From an uncultured Actinomycetota bacterium (GTDB lineage Bacteria; Actinomycetota; Actinomycetes; Propionibacteriales; Nocardioidaceae), in NCBI GenBank assembly GCA_963720435.1, contig CAVRFR010000005.1:45748-109747 (forward strand): a DNA stretch of 64,000 nt. The letters are read 5' to 3'. A program made the position numbers and the translations under genes. Positions 51,843 through 63,011 of the stretch are shown here, in pieces (the first letter of the stretch is position 1; the number at the start of each line of letters is the position of its first letter). Under the pieces are notes generated by a model. That model saw only the letters and a program-made list of their open reading frames with translations, searched no databases and was not told the DNA's origin.

Positions 51843-52133
51843 TTGCGTGCCTATGAAGTGATGGTCATCCTCGATCCCGACCTCGAAGAGCGCACCGTCC
51901 AGCCCTCGCTCGACACGTACCTCAACGTCGTCCGCAACGACGGCGGAACCATCGAGAACGTCGACATCTGGGGCCGACGCCGGTTCGCCTACGAGATCGA
52001 CAAGCGCGTCGAGGGCATCTACGCCGTCGTCACGCTGAACGCCGAGCCGGCCACCGTGAAGGAGCTCGACCGTCAGCTCACGCTGAACGAGTCGGTGCTG
52101 CGCACCAAGGTCATCCGCCCCGACGCCCGCTGA
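51843..52133 (+). CDS. rpsF: 30S ribosomal protein S6
   Basis: [29 protein letters not shown]. Confidence 0.97.
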   Translation: MRAYEVMVILDPDLEERTVQPSLDTYLNVVRNDGGTIENVDIWGRRRFAYEIDKRVEGIYAVVTLNAEPATVKELDRQLTLNESVLRTKVIRPDAR

Positions 52134-52154
52134 CCCACCGACTGGAGATCTGAC

Positions 52155-52751
52155 ATGGCAGGCGAAACCCCGATCACCGTGGTCGGCAACCTGACCGCCG
52201 ACCCCGAGCTCCGCTTCACCCCGTCGGGTGCAGCGGTCGCGAACTTCACCGTCGCGTCGACGCCTCGCACGTTCGACCGGCAGAGCAACGAGTGGCGCGA
52301 CGGCGAGTCGATGTTCCTCAACTGCTCGGTGTGGCGGCAGGCGGCCGAGAACGCCGCCGAGTCGCTGACCCGGGGCATGCGCGTCATCGTCTCGGGACGC
52401 CTCAAGGCCCGTTCGTTCGAGACCCGCGAGGGCGAGAAGCGCACGGTCTTCGAGGTCGACGTCGACGAGGTCGGGCCGAGCATGAAGTACGCCACCGCCA
52501 AGGTCACCAAGACCAGTCGCTCCGGCGCCGGTGGCGGCGGCTACCAGTCCGGCGGCGGGGACGACCCCTGGTCCAGCAACCAGCCGAGCAACCAGGGTGC
52601 CCAGGGCGGCGCGCCCGCCCAGGGCGGCGGCTCGTGGGGCGGCCAGCAGGGTGCCCCCGCTGGTGGACCCGCCGGTGGACAGGGCGGCCAGGGCGCCACC
52701 GCGGACCCGTGGGCCTCCAACGCGGGCAGCTCCGAGGACCCGCCCTTCTGA
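52155..52751 (+). CDS. ssb: Single-stranded DNA-binding protein
   Basis: [17 protein letters not shown]; Gly-rich linker; EDPPF tail. Confidence 0.97.
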   Translation: MAGETPITVVGNLTADPELRFTPSGAAVANFTVASTPRTFDRQSNEWRDGESMFLNCSVWRQAAENAAESLTRGMRVIVSGRLKARSFETREGEKRTVFEVDVDEVGPSMKYATAKVTKTSRSGAGGGGYQSGGGDDPWSSNQPSNQGAQGGAPAQGGGSWGGQQGAPAGGPAGGQGGQGATADPWASNAGSSEDPPF

Positions 52752-52837
52752 GACCCCGGACCAACCAGCCCGACCACCAGCTCGAACCACTGACCATTCC
52801 GGCCTAGCCGCCGGGCTTCACGAAAGGAAGCACCACA

Positions 52838-53074
52838 ATGGCCAAACCTGTTCTCCGCAAGCCGAAGAAGAAGGTCTGCCAGTTCTGCAAGGACAAGGTG
52901 ACCTACGTCGACTACAAGGACACCGCGTTGCTCCGCAAGTTCATCTCGGACCGTGGCAAGATCCGTGCCCGCCGGGTCACCGGCAACTGTGTCCAGCACC
53001 AGCGCGACGTCGCCATTGCGGTGAAGAACGCGCGCGAGGTCGCGTTGCTGCCCTACACCTCGACGGCCCGCTGA
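52838..53074 (+). CDS. rpsR: 30S ribosomal protein S18 (Zn-ribbon C+ form)
   Basis: [28 protein letters not shown]. Confidence 0.97.
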   Translation: MAKPVLRKPKKKVCQFCKDKVTYVDYKDTALLRKFISDRGKIRARRVTGNCVQHQRDVAIAVKNAREVALLPYTSTAR

Positions 53075-53088
53075 GGAGATCCACGACC

Positions 53089-53535
53089 ATGAAGCTCATC
53101 CTCACCCAAGAGGTCGGTGGCCTCGGCGCCGCCGGCGACATCGTCGAGGTCAAGGACGGCTACGGCCGCAACTTCTTGATCCCGCGCGGCTTCGCCATCC
53201 GCTGGACCAAGGGCGGCGAGCGCACGATCGAGTCGATCAAGGCCGCCCGCTCCAGCCGTGAGGTCCGCGACCTCGACCAGGCTCAGGAGATCAAGGCCAA
53301 GCTCGAGGAGGCGCCGATCAACCTGCCGGTCCGCGCCGGCGAGGGCGGTCGGCTCTTCGGTGCTGTGACGGTCGGCGACATCGCCGGCGCGATCGCGAGC
53401 ACCTCGGGGGCTGCCGTCGACAAGCGCAAGATCATCCTCGGCAACCCGATCAAGTCGCTCGGCTCGCACCAGGTGACCGTCAAGGTCCACGACGACCTCG
53501 ACGCCACCATCAACTTGAACGTGGTCTCGGCCTAG
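53089..53535 (+). CDS. rplI: 50S ribosomal protein L9
   Basis: [33 protein letters not shown]. Confidence 0.97.
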   Translation: MKLILTQEVGGLGAAGDIVEVKDGYGRNFLIPRGFAIRWTKGGERTIESIKAARSSREVRDLDQAQEIKAKLEEAPINLPVRAGEGGRLFGAVTVGDIAGAIASTSGAAVDKRKIILGNPIKSLGSHQVTVKVHDDLDATINLNVVSA

Positions 53536-54086
53536 CCCGGGCCTGCACTCGGGTCTGCACTCGCGTCGGGTGTCGGCGCCGCGTCGGTGACGTACGGCCG
53601 GCGCGACACCTTGAACGTGTAGTAGACGAGCGCCACGTTGCTGAGCACGGACAGCACGGCCATCGGTGTCGCCAGCGCGTCGACCCCACCGCCGTACACC
53701 AGCACGGGCAGCGCGAGCACCGCGATGTACGCCGTGCGGAGCAGGCCGAACCGCTTCGCCTCCGGCTCATCGGCGCGCTCGGCGAGGGTGGCCAGGCTGA
53801 TGCACAGCAGCAGGCAGAAGACCGTCTGGGGGATCCCCACGCCCCACTGGCCGCTCGGCGTCAGGGCCTCGTTGACCTCCGGCACCACGAGCGGCACCGA
53901 GACGACCCCCGCGATCGCCGCCAGCGCCAGCAGCGACCCGCCTTGCGGGAGGCGGGCGCGCAGCGGCACCAGCCCGGCGACGGCCAGCCCCCAGCCGATC
54001 GGGTCGGGCAGCGCGTCGTAGCCCGCGAACCGCGCGCTCAAGAACACGATGACCAGACCCATCGCGACCTTCTGCAGCGGCGTCAC
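53532..54086 (-). CDS. Hypothetical multi-pass membrane protein
   Basis: About 5-6 hydrophobic segments, [10 protein letters not shown] motif; TAGGCT -10 just upstream suggests a leaderless start. Confidence 0.7.
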   Translation of the reverse strand: MTPLQKVAMGLVIVFLSARFAGYDALPDPIGWGLAVAGLVPLRARLPQGGSLLALAAIAGVVSVPLVVPEVNEALTPSGQWGVGIPQTVFCLLLCISLATLAERADEPEAKRFGLLRTAYIAVLALPVLVYGGGVDALATPMAVLSVLSNVALVYYTFKVSRRPYVTDAAPTPDASADPSAGPG

Positions 54087-54253
54087 GGCGCGAGCCTAGA
54101 TCGTCGTTGCCTGGCCGCAGAAAAGGGATGTGACGACCATCGCGGTGCATTTCGCGGGTTCCTTGCTCTCGGTGTGCGCACCTGTGGTGTCATGGGCGAT
54201 ACTCGTCTTGGGAGTGCCGCGCGGATGGATCCGGACGGCCGAGTCTTGGGGGT

Positions 54254-56110
54254 TTGCCCGTGCGTTTGGTGATCCGGCTTCTCGTCACGATGGCCTTGGT
54301 GGCCGGTCTGGCGGTCGTGGTCCCTGGTGCGTTCGCTGAGGGGTCCGACGATCCGACTGCGACGCCGATCGCTCCTGTCCCCACCACGCCGGCCTCCCCG
54401 CCCGCGACGTCGCCGTCGCCGGGTGACGAGCCGTCGGCCGAGCAGACCGAACCGCCGTCCGTCTCCCCTGCCGCGCCGAGCCGCCAGCAGCGGCTACAGG
54501 CTCTTGCTGCCCCGACGGGTCACACGCAAAATCACGGAGAGGCCCCGCAACCCCACTGTCTATGCGAACACGTCGGCCCACAGCGTCAAGCTGAGCTACC
54601 AGGTCGACAAGGGCCTCGACAGCGGCGCGTTGCAAGTGCAGTTCCATTGCACCTTGAAGGGACCGCACTACGCGGGCCGCGTGAAGAACTGCGACACGAA
54701 CCGCGCCCAGAGACGAGCAGCCACGTCCGGGTCTCAGACCTATGACACGGTGCGGCCGAGCCCGAAGCCGTACAAGTTCACCGTGTGGGCGACCTACAAC
54801 GACCCAGCCATCCCGGCAACCAGGTGACCACGAACAAGGTCGCCTACAGCTGGCGGATGTACTCCGTCTACGCGCCCGGCAAGTTCATGCCCAAGGACGG
54901 AGCATCGTTCAACAACCCGGTCAGCAGCTCGTCGAACGGCCGCAAGAACCTGACGCGGATGATCCGCACGATCAACGCGATGCCCGGCTACCGCGAGGGC
55001 ACTCAGGGTGGTCCCTGCCCGGCACCTCCGAGCACCAGCTCTCCCGGCGTCATCCGCGTCTCGCTCTACTCCATGACCGACACCCCGTTCGCCAAGGCGA
55101 TGAACAAGGCGAGCAGGCGCTGCCTGAGCGTCCAGATCCTGATGAACGACCACCTGACGCGTCGTACCGACCCGGCCTGGCGCCGGATGGAGGACGCGCT
55201 GGGCACCCGGACCAAGAGCGGTGGGAAGTACCGCCGCAGCTTCGCGCACCGGTGCCACCGGGCCTGCCGCGGCGGTGGCGTGCTGCACACGAAGATGTAC
55301 CTGTTCAACTCGACGCTGCCCGACCACGGTGTTTCTCGGAACAAGATCACGAACACCGTCTTCGTCGGCTCGTCGAACATGACCTCCAACGCGGCGTTCA
55401 TCCAGTGGAACGACCTGTACGGCGACGTCAAGAACAAAGAGCTGTTCAACACGTTCAACACCCAGTTCATGCTGATGCGCCGTGACAACGGCTTCCACCG
55501 CCAGACCTACAAGGGCCACCCCGACAACGGCGCGAAGTACCGGACCTTCTTCTGGCCGGTGACCAAGGGTCACGACCCGGAGATGGCCGCCCTCAAGTCG
55601 ATCAAGTGCTCAGGGGCCACCGGCGGGACGGGCATCAACGGCCACACGGCCGTCTACATCAACATGCACGCCTGGTTCGGGCTGCGGGGTCTGGCGTTCC
55701 AGCGGCAGGTGCGCGGCTTGTACGCCCGCGGCTGCTACGTCCGCATCCTGTACAGCTTCATGACCAAGCGGGTCTACCACCGGCTCACCGCCGGCACCGG
55801 AGGCCGGATGCAGGCTCGGCGGACGATCTTCGCGAACCGGCCCGGAGGCCACACCGCCGGTGTGTACAGCCACCTGAAGAACATCATGGCGTCCGGCCAC
55901 GTGGGCAGCGACAACAGCTCCCGGGTGGTGTGGACGGGCTCGAACAACTTCACCCCGGACGGCAAGAACTTCGACGAGGTGATGATCCGGATCAAGGGCG
56001 GCCCCGCCTACGGCCAGTACCGCCACCACTTCGACTTCATCAAGCACCGCAAGTCGTCTTCTCGGTACGCCAGCTTCACCGAGCCGAAGGGCGGGGGCCG
56101 GGCTCCGTAG
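54254..56110 (+). CDS. Secreted PLD-superfamily protein 1: signal peptide, Pro/Thr linker, Ig/FN3-like domain, two HxK domains (2 frameshifts)
   Basis: LHTKMYLFN...VGSSNMT and SHLKNIMAS...WTGSNNFT; ORFs 54254-54745, 54327-54827, 54785-56110. Confidence 0.85.
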
Positions 56111-56227
56111 CTCCGTTAGACGTGACATTTCCCTGCGAACGGGGGTGTCGTGTGGTTGGCTTTGTTGGCTCGAAGAGCTCTCGGGCCTGCTCTTCGTCCC
56201 ATCTATGCATGACCTAGGGGTTGTTCC

Positions 56228-58049
56228 ATGGGTGCCCGGCTCCGCGTCCTGAGGCTGCTGCTGGCGTTCGCGCTCGCGCTCAGCACCCTGACGCTGACCG
56301 CCTCCGCGGTCGCCGCTGACGACGGCACCGACCCGGGCGCGAGCGACCCGACCACGGCTCCCCCGACAAGGGACGCGCCGAGCACGGACGCCCCGCGAAC
56401 CGACTCCCCGAAGCTGGCCGCGGCCGTGCCCACCCCCACGATCATCGAGAAGCCGCTCAGCACGTCGGTCTCGCGTGACCAGGAGCTGAGCTTCAGCGCC
56501 TCCGACCCGGACCTGCACTTCGAGTGCAAGCTGACCGGTCCGAGCCAGGCCCACGGCTTCGACCCGTGCACGTCCTCGTCGAGCACGGGCACCACCAGCA
56601 TCGGCACGATGAAGTACGACGGCCTGGCGCCGTCCGCCGATCCCTACACGTTCACCGTGCGGGCGTTCCGCACCGCCGGCGGCCGCGTCGAGAGCGACCC
56701 GGCGAGCGTCTACCTGGCGCATCTACTCCGTCTTCTCGCCGATCAACGTGAAGGCGCGCACGGGCGCGTCCTTCAACAACCCGCTGGGCAACAAGGCCGC
56801 CAAGCGCAAGAACATCCGGCGCGTCATCGACGCGATCCACAGCATGCCTGGCTACCGCGAGCCCGACACGAGCACCGCGCCGTGCCCGGCGCTTGACTCG
56901 GGGATGGTGCCGGCGAAGATCCGGATCACGCTCTACTCGATGACCGACGGCCCGTTCGCCCGCGCGCTCCTCGCCGCCGCCGATCGCTGCGTGAGCGTGC
57001 AGATCATCATGAACAACCACCTCAACGCCGCCAACGACGGCGCCTGGCGCGTCCTCCAGAACGGTCTCGGCAAGCAGCACAGGACAAGCGCAACTTCGCC
57101 CGACGCTGCGGCTACGGCTGCCGCGGGCACAGCGTGCATGCACACCAAGATGTACCTCTTCGACTCCTCCGTCCCGGAGCCGTACCCGGCGAGGAACACG
57201 CTGCAGAACGTCGTGATGGTCGGGTCCTCGAACATGACGTCCAACGCGATGCGCATCCAGTGGAACGACCTGTACGGCGTGAACAACGCGCCGACCCTGT
57301 TCAAGCAGTACGACCACATGTTCGACCTGATGAAGCGCGACAAGGGCTTCCACCGCAATCCCAAGGACTTCGTGGCCGCAGGTGGTCGCTACCGCACCAC
57401 CTTCTGGCCGGTCAAGGCCGGTCGCACCGAGCCCTTCGTGAGCCTCTTCCGCTCGATCAAGTGCCACGGCGTCAGTGGCGGCGCCGGAGTCGGCGGCCGG
57501 ACCGTGGTCTACATCAACATGCACGCGTGGTTCTCTGCCCGCGGCGTCAAGATCGAGCGCGCCGTCAAGAGCCTGTACCGGCAGGGCTGCGTCATCAAGG
57601 TGCTCTACAGCTTCATGACCAAGGGGCTCTACCACCGGCTGAAGGCCGGGACCGGGTCCCGCATGTCGCTGCGACGGACGGTGTTCTCCACCAACGGCGA
57701 CAAGTACGCCGACGTCTACAGCCACTTCAAGGCGATCGCCGTCTCCGGCAACGTGGCCGGGAACCACCGCGCGCGCGTGGTGTGGACCGGGTCGAACAAC
57801 TTCACCGGCGGCGGTGACCGCAACGACGAGGTGATGCTGCGGATCGCCTCGATCGGGGCCTTCAAGCAGTACCGCAACCAGTTCCGCCACATCACGCGAC
57901 GCAAGTCATCGGCGAAGTGGGCCTACTTCTTCGAGCGCGCAGGCGGCGGCCGCGCACCGACACCGCACAAGAAGTTCGGCGACTCGCCCACGATCTTGTC
58001 GCCGGCGATTCGCAGGGACGAGAACGGGAACCCGGAGGCAGTCGACTAG
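56228..58049 (+). CDS. Secreted PLD-superfamily protein 2, same architecture (frameshifted)
   Basis: Signal peptide ending AVAA; FECKL...YTFTVRA beta domain; MHTKMYLFD...VGSSNMT and SHFKAIAVS...WTGSNNFT. Confidence 0.85.
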
Positions 58050-58056
58050 CGCCTCG

Positions 58057-58074
58057 GTCCCGCGATTGCGGGAC
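58057..58074 (+). terminator. Hairpin after PLD gene 2
   Basis: GTCCCGC-GATT-GCGGGAC 8 nt after the stop; no U tract. Confidence 0.4.
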
Positions 58075-58174
58075 ACACCCGCGACTGTCGAGGTGACCGG
58101 AAGTCGGTCCCGGTTTCGTTACGCTCCTGTGGCGTCCATCCTCCGGTTGCGCCGTCGTCATTGAGGAGTGCTGC

Positions 58175-60436
58175 ATGCAGCCGTCTCGAGCGCGCTCGTT
58201 GATGGCGTCGGTGCTCGCCGTCCTGCTTGCGATCTCACTCGAGTGGGCCGCCGTCGCCGACCCGGTGAGCGCCAAGCCGGACCCCCGCAAGCCGACCGAG
58301 CGCCACTCGACGGTGCGGGCGACCGCGACAGCCACGGCGCACGCGTCGGCCCGTCGTACGGTGCGGGTGGCGCGCCACGCGAGAGCGAGGACGCGCGTCA
58401 CGGCCGTCGTCCGGCCCGCCAGTCACGGCGAACCAGCGAAGCGGGCGTCACGGGTTGGTGTGGCGGTCGCAGGCGCGACCGGCCGGGCGGTGCGAAAGGC
58501 AAGGAGCACGGCGCACGCACGTGCCGCGGCACGCGCGCCCACCATGGCGAAGGCGCGGGCCCTGGCGCACGCGAAGGCGCTCGCCAAGGCGCGCGCCAAG
58601 GCGGCCACGAAGGCGTCGCGCAAGGCTGGGGCGGCCGCGCGGAAGGCGGCCGGGAGGCGTGCTCTCCACCGCGCGAAGCACACGGCGCACACCCGAGCCG
58701 CCTTCCGCGCCTGGCGCAAGCTGCCAGGTGATCCGGTGCCCAAGCGGGTCCGCAGGACCCGCACCGCGGTCGTGTCGGCCACGCGAACCGTGCGGGTCAA
58801 GGTCCACCGCCGCGCGAAGGTGCGGGTGTCCGCGATCTCGCGACCCAAGCTGAAGACGAACCCGGTCGGACACTTCACGGTCAGGCGGATCGGTCACGGC
58901 CGGGCCACCGGTCGAGCAACCAGACGTGCGCCGGGCCCGGGTGCGCGTCAGCGTCATCGCGCTTGCCCCGACCAAGGACATCGCCAGGCGCCGGGCCAAG
59001 GCGAAGGCGAAGCATCGCTCGCACGCCATCGCGCAGAGCAGAGCCCGGCAGGACCGCATACCGCAGGGCACGAGCAGTCGCGGTGCACCGCGCAAGTGCC
59101 CGCGCCCACGCACGCGCGGTGCACCACGGCCGTGTCCGGGCCTTCCGCCGGGCCAAGTGGCTGGCTCGGCTGGACCGCATCGAGCCGAACAACCCGACGA
59201 CGTGGATCAGGTACCGCCCGCGAAACGTCACACCGCCGACCGGGCCGCTGTTCAACAACCCCTACGGCGGCAAGAGCCAGCAGCGCGCCCTGCTCGCGCA
59301 GGTGATCCGCGCGATCAAGAGCTCGATGGGCTACCGCCTCACGCGTGACCCGCACACGCACAAGAGGCTGCGCTGCCCGACGAACCCGAAGTACTACCCG
59401 TCGGAGATCAAGATCGCGGTCTACTCGATCGCGGACATGCGCTTCGCCAAGGCGCTCGTCGCCGCGAAGAAGCGGTGCGTCAGCGTCCAGGTGCTGATGA
59501 ACTCCCACCTGACGTCGACGACGTCTCACTCGTGGGGGCGCATCTTCAGGTCATTGGGTGCGCGCAGCAAGAAGCACTGGCGTAAGTCAGCGAAACTTCG
59601 CGCGCCGGTGCAGCGACGGGTGCCTGGGCACCTCGGTGCTGCACTCCAAGATCTACCTGTTCAGCCACGCCGGCAGAGCTCAGTCCACGGTGATGACCGG
59701 TTCGACGAACATGACGAAGAACGCGATCGGCATCCAGTGGAACGACCTGTACACGATCAACGGCAACGCGAAGCTCTACTCGCAGTACCGCAGGATGTTC
59801 CGGCGGATGGTGCCGGACCGCATGCGGAAGGGTCCCTACGTCTACCGCGCCGGCAAGTACACCTCGACGTTCTACCCGTTCCGCAAGGCGACGGCGAAGA
59901 CGGACCGGACGATGCGAGACCTGCGCACCATCAGGTGCGGCGGGGCGCGAGGGGGCACCGGCATCAACGGGCACACCGTGATCTACATCGCGATGCACGC
60001 CTGGTTCAGCAACCGCGGCGGGTACCTCGCTCGCAAGGTGCGCAAGCTTTACAACCAGGGTTGCTACGTCCGCATCCTCTACAGCTTCTTGTCCCACGGG
60101 GACTACTGGCGGCTCAAGCACGGCACCAACCACCGCATGCTCGTGCGCCGGGTGCTGTTCCCCGGCAGGCTCGGGCTGGTGGCGGTGAAGTACAGCCACA
60201 TGAAGATGCTGGCCGTCTCGGGTCACGTGGGCAGCAACCGGCAGGCACGGGTGGTGTGGACCGGCTCGAACAACTGGGTCGACAAGAGCCTGCACGCCGA
60301 CGAGGTGACGCTGCGTATCCCCTCGGCCTCCGCCTATCGCCAGTACGTGCGGCACTGGAAGTTCATGCTGCGCCGGCGGTCCTCGCCGTACTGGGCGACG
60401 TTCGAGGAGCCGACCGGCGGAGGTCGGGCCCCGTAA
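58175..60436 (+). CDS. Secreted PLD-superfamily protein 3 with an Arg/Lys/Ala-rich repeated N-terminal region (3 frameshifts)
   Basis: Signal peptide; LHSKIYLFS...TGSTNMT and SHMKMLAVS...WTGSNNW; ORFs 58175, 58926, 58963, 59558. Confidence 0.82.
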
Positions 60437-60659
60437 GCGGTGACCCGCGTCGTGGTCATGACGGGACTAGAGCCGCATGGCTGTGTGTAACCAGGGACTA
60501 CCTGGGGATACCACCTACGCGGCTTGGTTTTGTCGACTTGCCGACGGATAACCGCCAGGTGACAAAAAGGTAAACAGAACTTTTCCGAATCTTTCTTGCC
60601 TCCACACCCGGTGCGAGACGTTTCCGCAGGTCAGCGGGGGTGTCCGCACCGCCCCCGCA

Positions 60660-60755
60660 GTGTTCTCCACAGTTGTGCTCACAGGCTGTGCACACCTCTG
60701 GAGGCGTGTTCCACACGGCTTCCACCGTTATCCCCAGCCGCCTGTGGACCACGCG
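60660..60755. promoter_or_regulatory. Cluster of DnaA-box-like sites upstream of dnaB
   Basis: TTCTCCACA 60663, CTGTGCACA 60686, TGTTCCACA 60707, TTATCCCCA 60728, inverted TGTGGACCA 60743. Confidence 0.72.
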
Positions 60756-60924
60756 CTGGCAGTGGGCGCCGCCGGGCCCTAGCGTCAGTCTCGCGCGCAT
60801 GCCTGGGGTGGCACGGCTGGGGTCCATCGCAGAAGCACCCGAGCACTTCGGCAAAACTGTCGGACCGTGCTGACAGCGTGATCGCAGGTGGTCACCGAAG
60901 CGTCGCAGGGAGGTTGGGAGTCCG

Positions 60925-62349
60925 ATGAGCGTCGCGCCCACGAGCAGCTACGAGCCGGAGCCGCCGTACGCCGTGGACGAGCCCATCGCGGGTCCCTGGC
61001 AACCGCACGGCGTCGGTGGTGGCGGGGGTGGCGGCGACCGCACCCCACCCCAGGACAACGAGGCCGAGATGAGCGTGCTCGGCTCGATGCTGATCTCCAA
61101 GGACGCGATCGCCGAGGTCATCGAGTCGGTGCGAGGCGTCGACTTCTACCGCCCGGTCCACGAGACGATCTTCGACGCGATGATCGACCTCTACGGTCGA
61201 GGCGAGCCGGTCGACCCGATCACCACGACCGCGGAGCTGCAGCGTCGCGGCGAGCTCGTCAGGGTCGGCGGGGCGCCGTACCTCCACACGCTGTCGGCAT
61301 CCGTGCCGATCGCGGCCAACGCCGGCTACTACGCCGAGATCGTCCGCGACAAGGCGGTGCTGCGCCGGCTCGTCGACGCCGGCACCCGCATCGCGCAGAT
61401 GGGCTACACCGGCGAGGGCCGCGTCGACGACGTCGTGGACCGCGCGCAGGCGGAGGTCTACGGCGTCACCGACAAGCGCGCGTCGGAGGACTACGCACCG
61501 CTGAGCGCGATCCTCGAGTCGGTCTACGACGAGATCGAGGCGATCAACAACCACGACGGGTCGATGATCGGCGTGCCGTCCGGCTTCGCCGATCTCGACG
61601 AGCTCACCAACGGCTTCCAGCCCGGCCAGATGGTGATCGTCGCCGCGCGACCCGCCGCCGGCAAGTCGACGCTGGCGCTGGACTTCTGCCGGGCGGCGGC
61701 GGTTCACCACCAGATGAGCAGCGTGATCTTCTCCCTGGAGATGACCCGCAGCGAGATCACCATGCGGCTGCTGTCGGCCGAGGGCCGGATCCCGCTCAAC
61801 AGCCTGCGCAACGGCAACATGAACGAGGACGACTGGACGCGGCTGGCGCAGCTGATGGGCAAGCTGTCCGCGGCCCCGCTGTTCATCGACGACTCTCCGA
61901 ACATGACGATGATGGAGATCCGCGCGAAGGCTCGCCGGCTCAAGCAGCGCCACGACCTGCGGCTGATCGTCATCGACTACATGCAGCTGATGACGTCGGG
62001 CAAGAAGGTCGAGTCGCGCCAGGTCGAGGTCTCGGAGTTCTCCCGCCAGATCAAGCTGCTCGCCAAGGAGCTCGGGGTCCCCGTGATCGCGCTCTCGCAG
62101 CTCAACCGCGGCCCGGAGCAGCGCTCGGACAAGCGACCGATGCTCTCGGACCTTCGCGAGTCAGGGTCGCTCGAGCAGGACGCCGACATGGTGGTGCTGC
62201 TGCACCGCGAGGACATGTACGAGCGCGAGTCGACCCGCCCCGGAGAGGCCGACCTGATCGTCGCCAAGCACCGCAACGGCCCGACCCGCGACGTCACCGT
62301 CGCCTTCCAGGGCCACTACTCCCGGTTCGTCGACATGGCGGTCGGCTGA
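60925..62349 (+). CDS. dnaB: Replicative DNA helicase DnaB (no intein)
   Basis: PPQDNEAE, AARPAAGKST, FSLEM, IDYMQLM, LSDLRESGSLEQDAD, KHRNGPT. Confidence 0.98.
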   Translation: MSVAPTSSYEPEPPYAVDEPIAGPWQPHGVGGGGGGGDRTPPQDNEAEMSVLGSMLISKDAIAEVIESVRGVDFYRPVHETIFDAMIDLYGRGEPVDPITTTAELQRRGELVRVGGAPYLHTLSASVPIAANAGYYAEIVRDKAVLRRLVDAGTRIAQMGYTGEGRVDDVVDRAQAEVYGVTDKRASEDYAPLSAILESVYDEIEAINNHDGSMIGVPSGFADLDELTNGFQPGQMVIVAARPAAGKSTLALDFCRAAAVHHQMSSVIFSLEMTRSEITMRLLSAEGRIPLNSLRNGNMNEDDWTRLAQLMGKLSAAPLFIDDSPNMTMMEIRAKARRLKQRHDLRLIVIDYMQLMTSGKKVESRQVEVSEFSRQIKLLAKELGVPVIALSQLNRGPEQRSDKRPMLSDLRESGSLEQDADMVVLLHREDMYERESTRPGEADLIVAKHRNGPTRDVTVAFQGHYSRFVDMAVG

Positions 62350-62384
62350 GGGCAGGCTGTCGAGATGCAGCGAAGGAGCACCGG

Positions 62385-63011
62385 ATGTCACTGACGCGGA
62401 TCCACAACCTGTCCATCTCCCTCGACGGCTTCGCGACCGGCGAGCCGCAGACCGCCGAGGAACCTTTCGGCCACGCGGGCCAGCGCCTGCACGAGTGGAT
62501 GTTCGCCACCCGGTTCTGGGACGAGAGCGGCGCAGCGGGAGTCGACAACGCCTTCGCGGAGCGCCACACCCCCGGCATCGGGGCCGAGATCATGGGCGCC
62601 CACAAGTTCGGCCCGCCCGGCTGGCACGAGGACCCGGACTGGAAGGGCTGGTGGGGCCCGAACCCGCCGTTCCACACCCCGACGTTCGTGCTCACCCACC
62701 ATCCGCGGGAGTCGATGGAGATGGAGGGCGGGACGACCTTCCACTTCCTCGACAGCTCGCCGGCCGAGGCCCTCGCGGCGGCGCGTGAAGCCGCCGATGG
62801 CCTCGACGTGCGGGTTGGCGGCGGTCCCAGCGTCGTACGCGACTTCCTCGCCGCCCGTCTCGTCGACCACATGCACCTCGTCCAGGTGCCGATCGTGCTC
62901 GGCCGTGGCGTCCGCATCTGGGACGGCCTGGAGGCCCTCGAGGATTCCTACGACGTCGAGGCGGTGTCGACGCCGAGCGGCGTCACCCACCTCACGTTCA
63001 CGAAGCGCTAG
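62385..63011 (+). CDS. Dihydrofolate reductase / RibD C-terminal family protein
   Basis: SISLDGF, GAEIMG, WGPNPPFH, VGGGPSV, PIVLGRG. Confidence 0.88.
   Translation: MSLTRIHNLSISLDGFATGEPQTAEEPFGHAGQRLHEWMFATRFWDESGAAGVDNAFAERHTPGIGAEIMGAHKFGPPGWHEDPDWKGWWGPNPPFHTPTFVLTHHPRESMEMEGGTTFHFLDSSPAEALAAAREAADGLDVRVGGGPSVVRDFLAARLVDHMHLVQVPIVLGRGVRIWDGLEALEDSYDVEAVSTPSGVTHLTFTKR

Noticed and set aside
54129-54144. CRP-like site TGTGA-CGACCA-TCGCG upstream of PLD gene 1, which would link the cyclase to the PLD array
   Set aside because: Second half-site is weak and no comparable site precedes the other two genes
54254-60436. PLD genes as DISARM DrmC, restriction nucleases or cardiolipin synthases
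   Set aside because: Signal peptides and Cys pairs indicate export; no helicase or methylase neighbours; no Cls-type N-terminal TM pair
60925-62349. Intein in dnaB (also checked gyrA and gyrB)
   Set aside because: Normal length, contiguous motifs, no C...HN splice junctions
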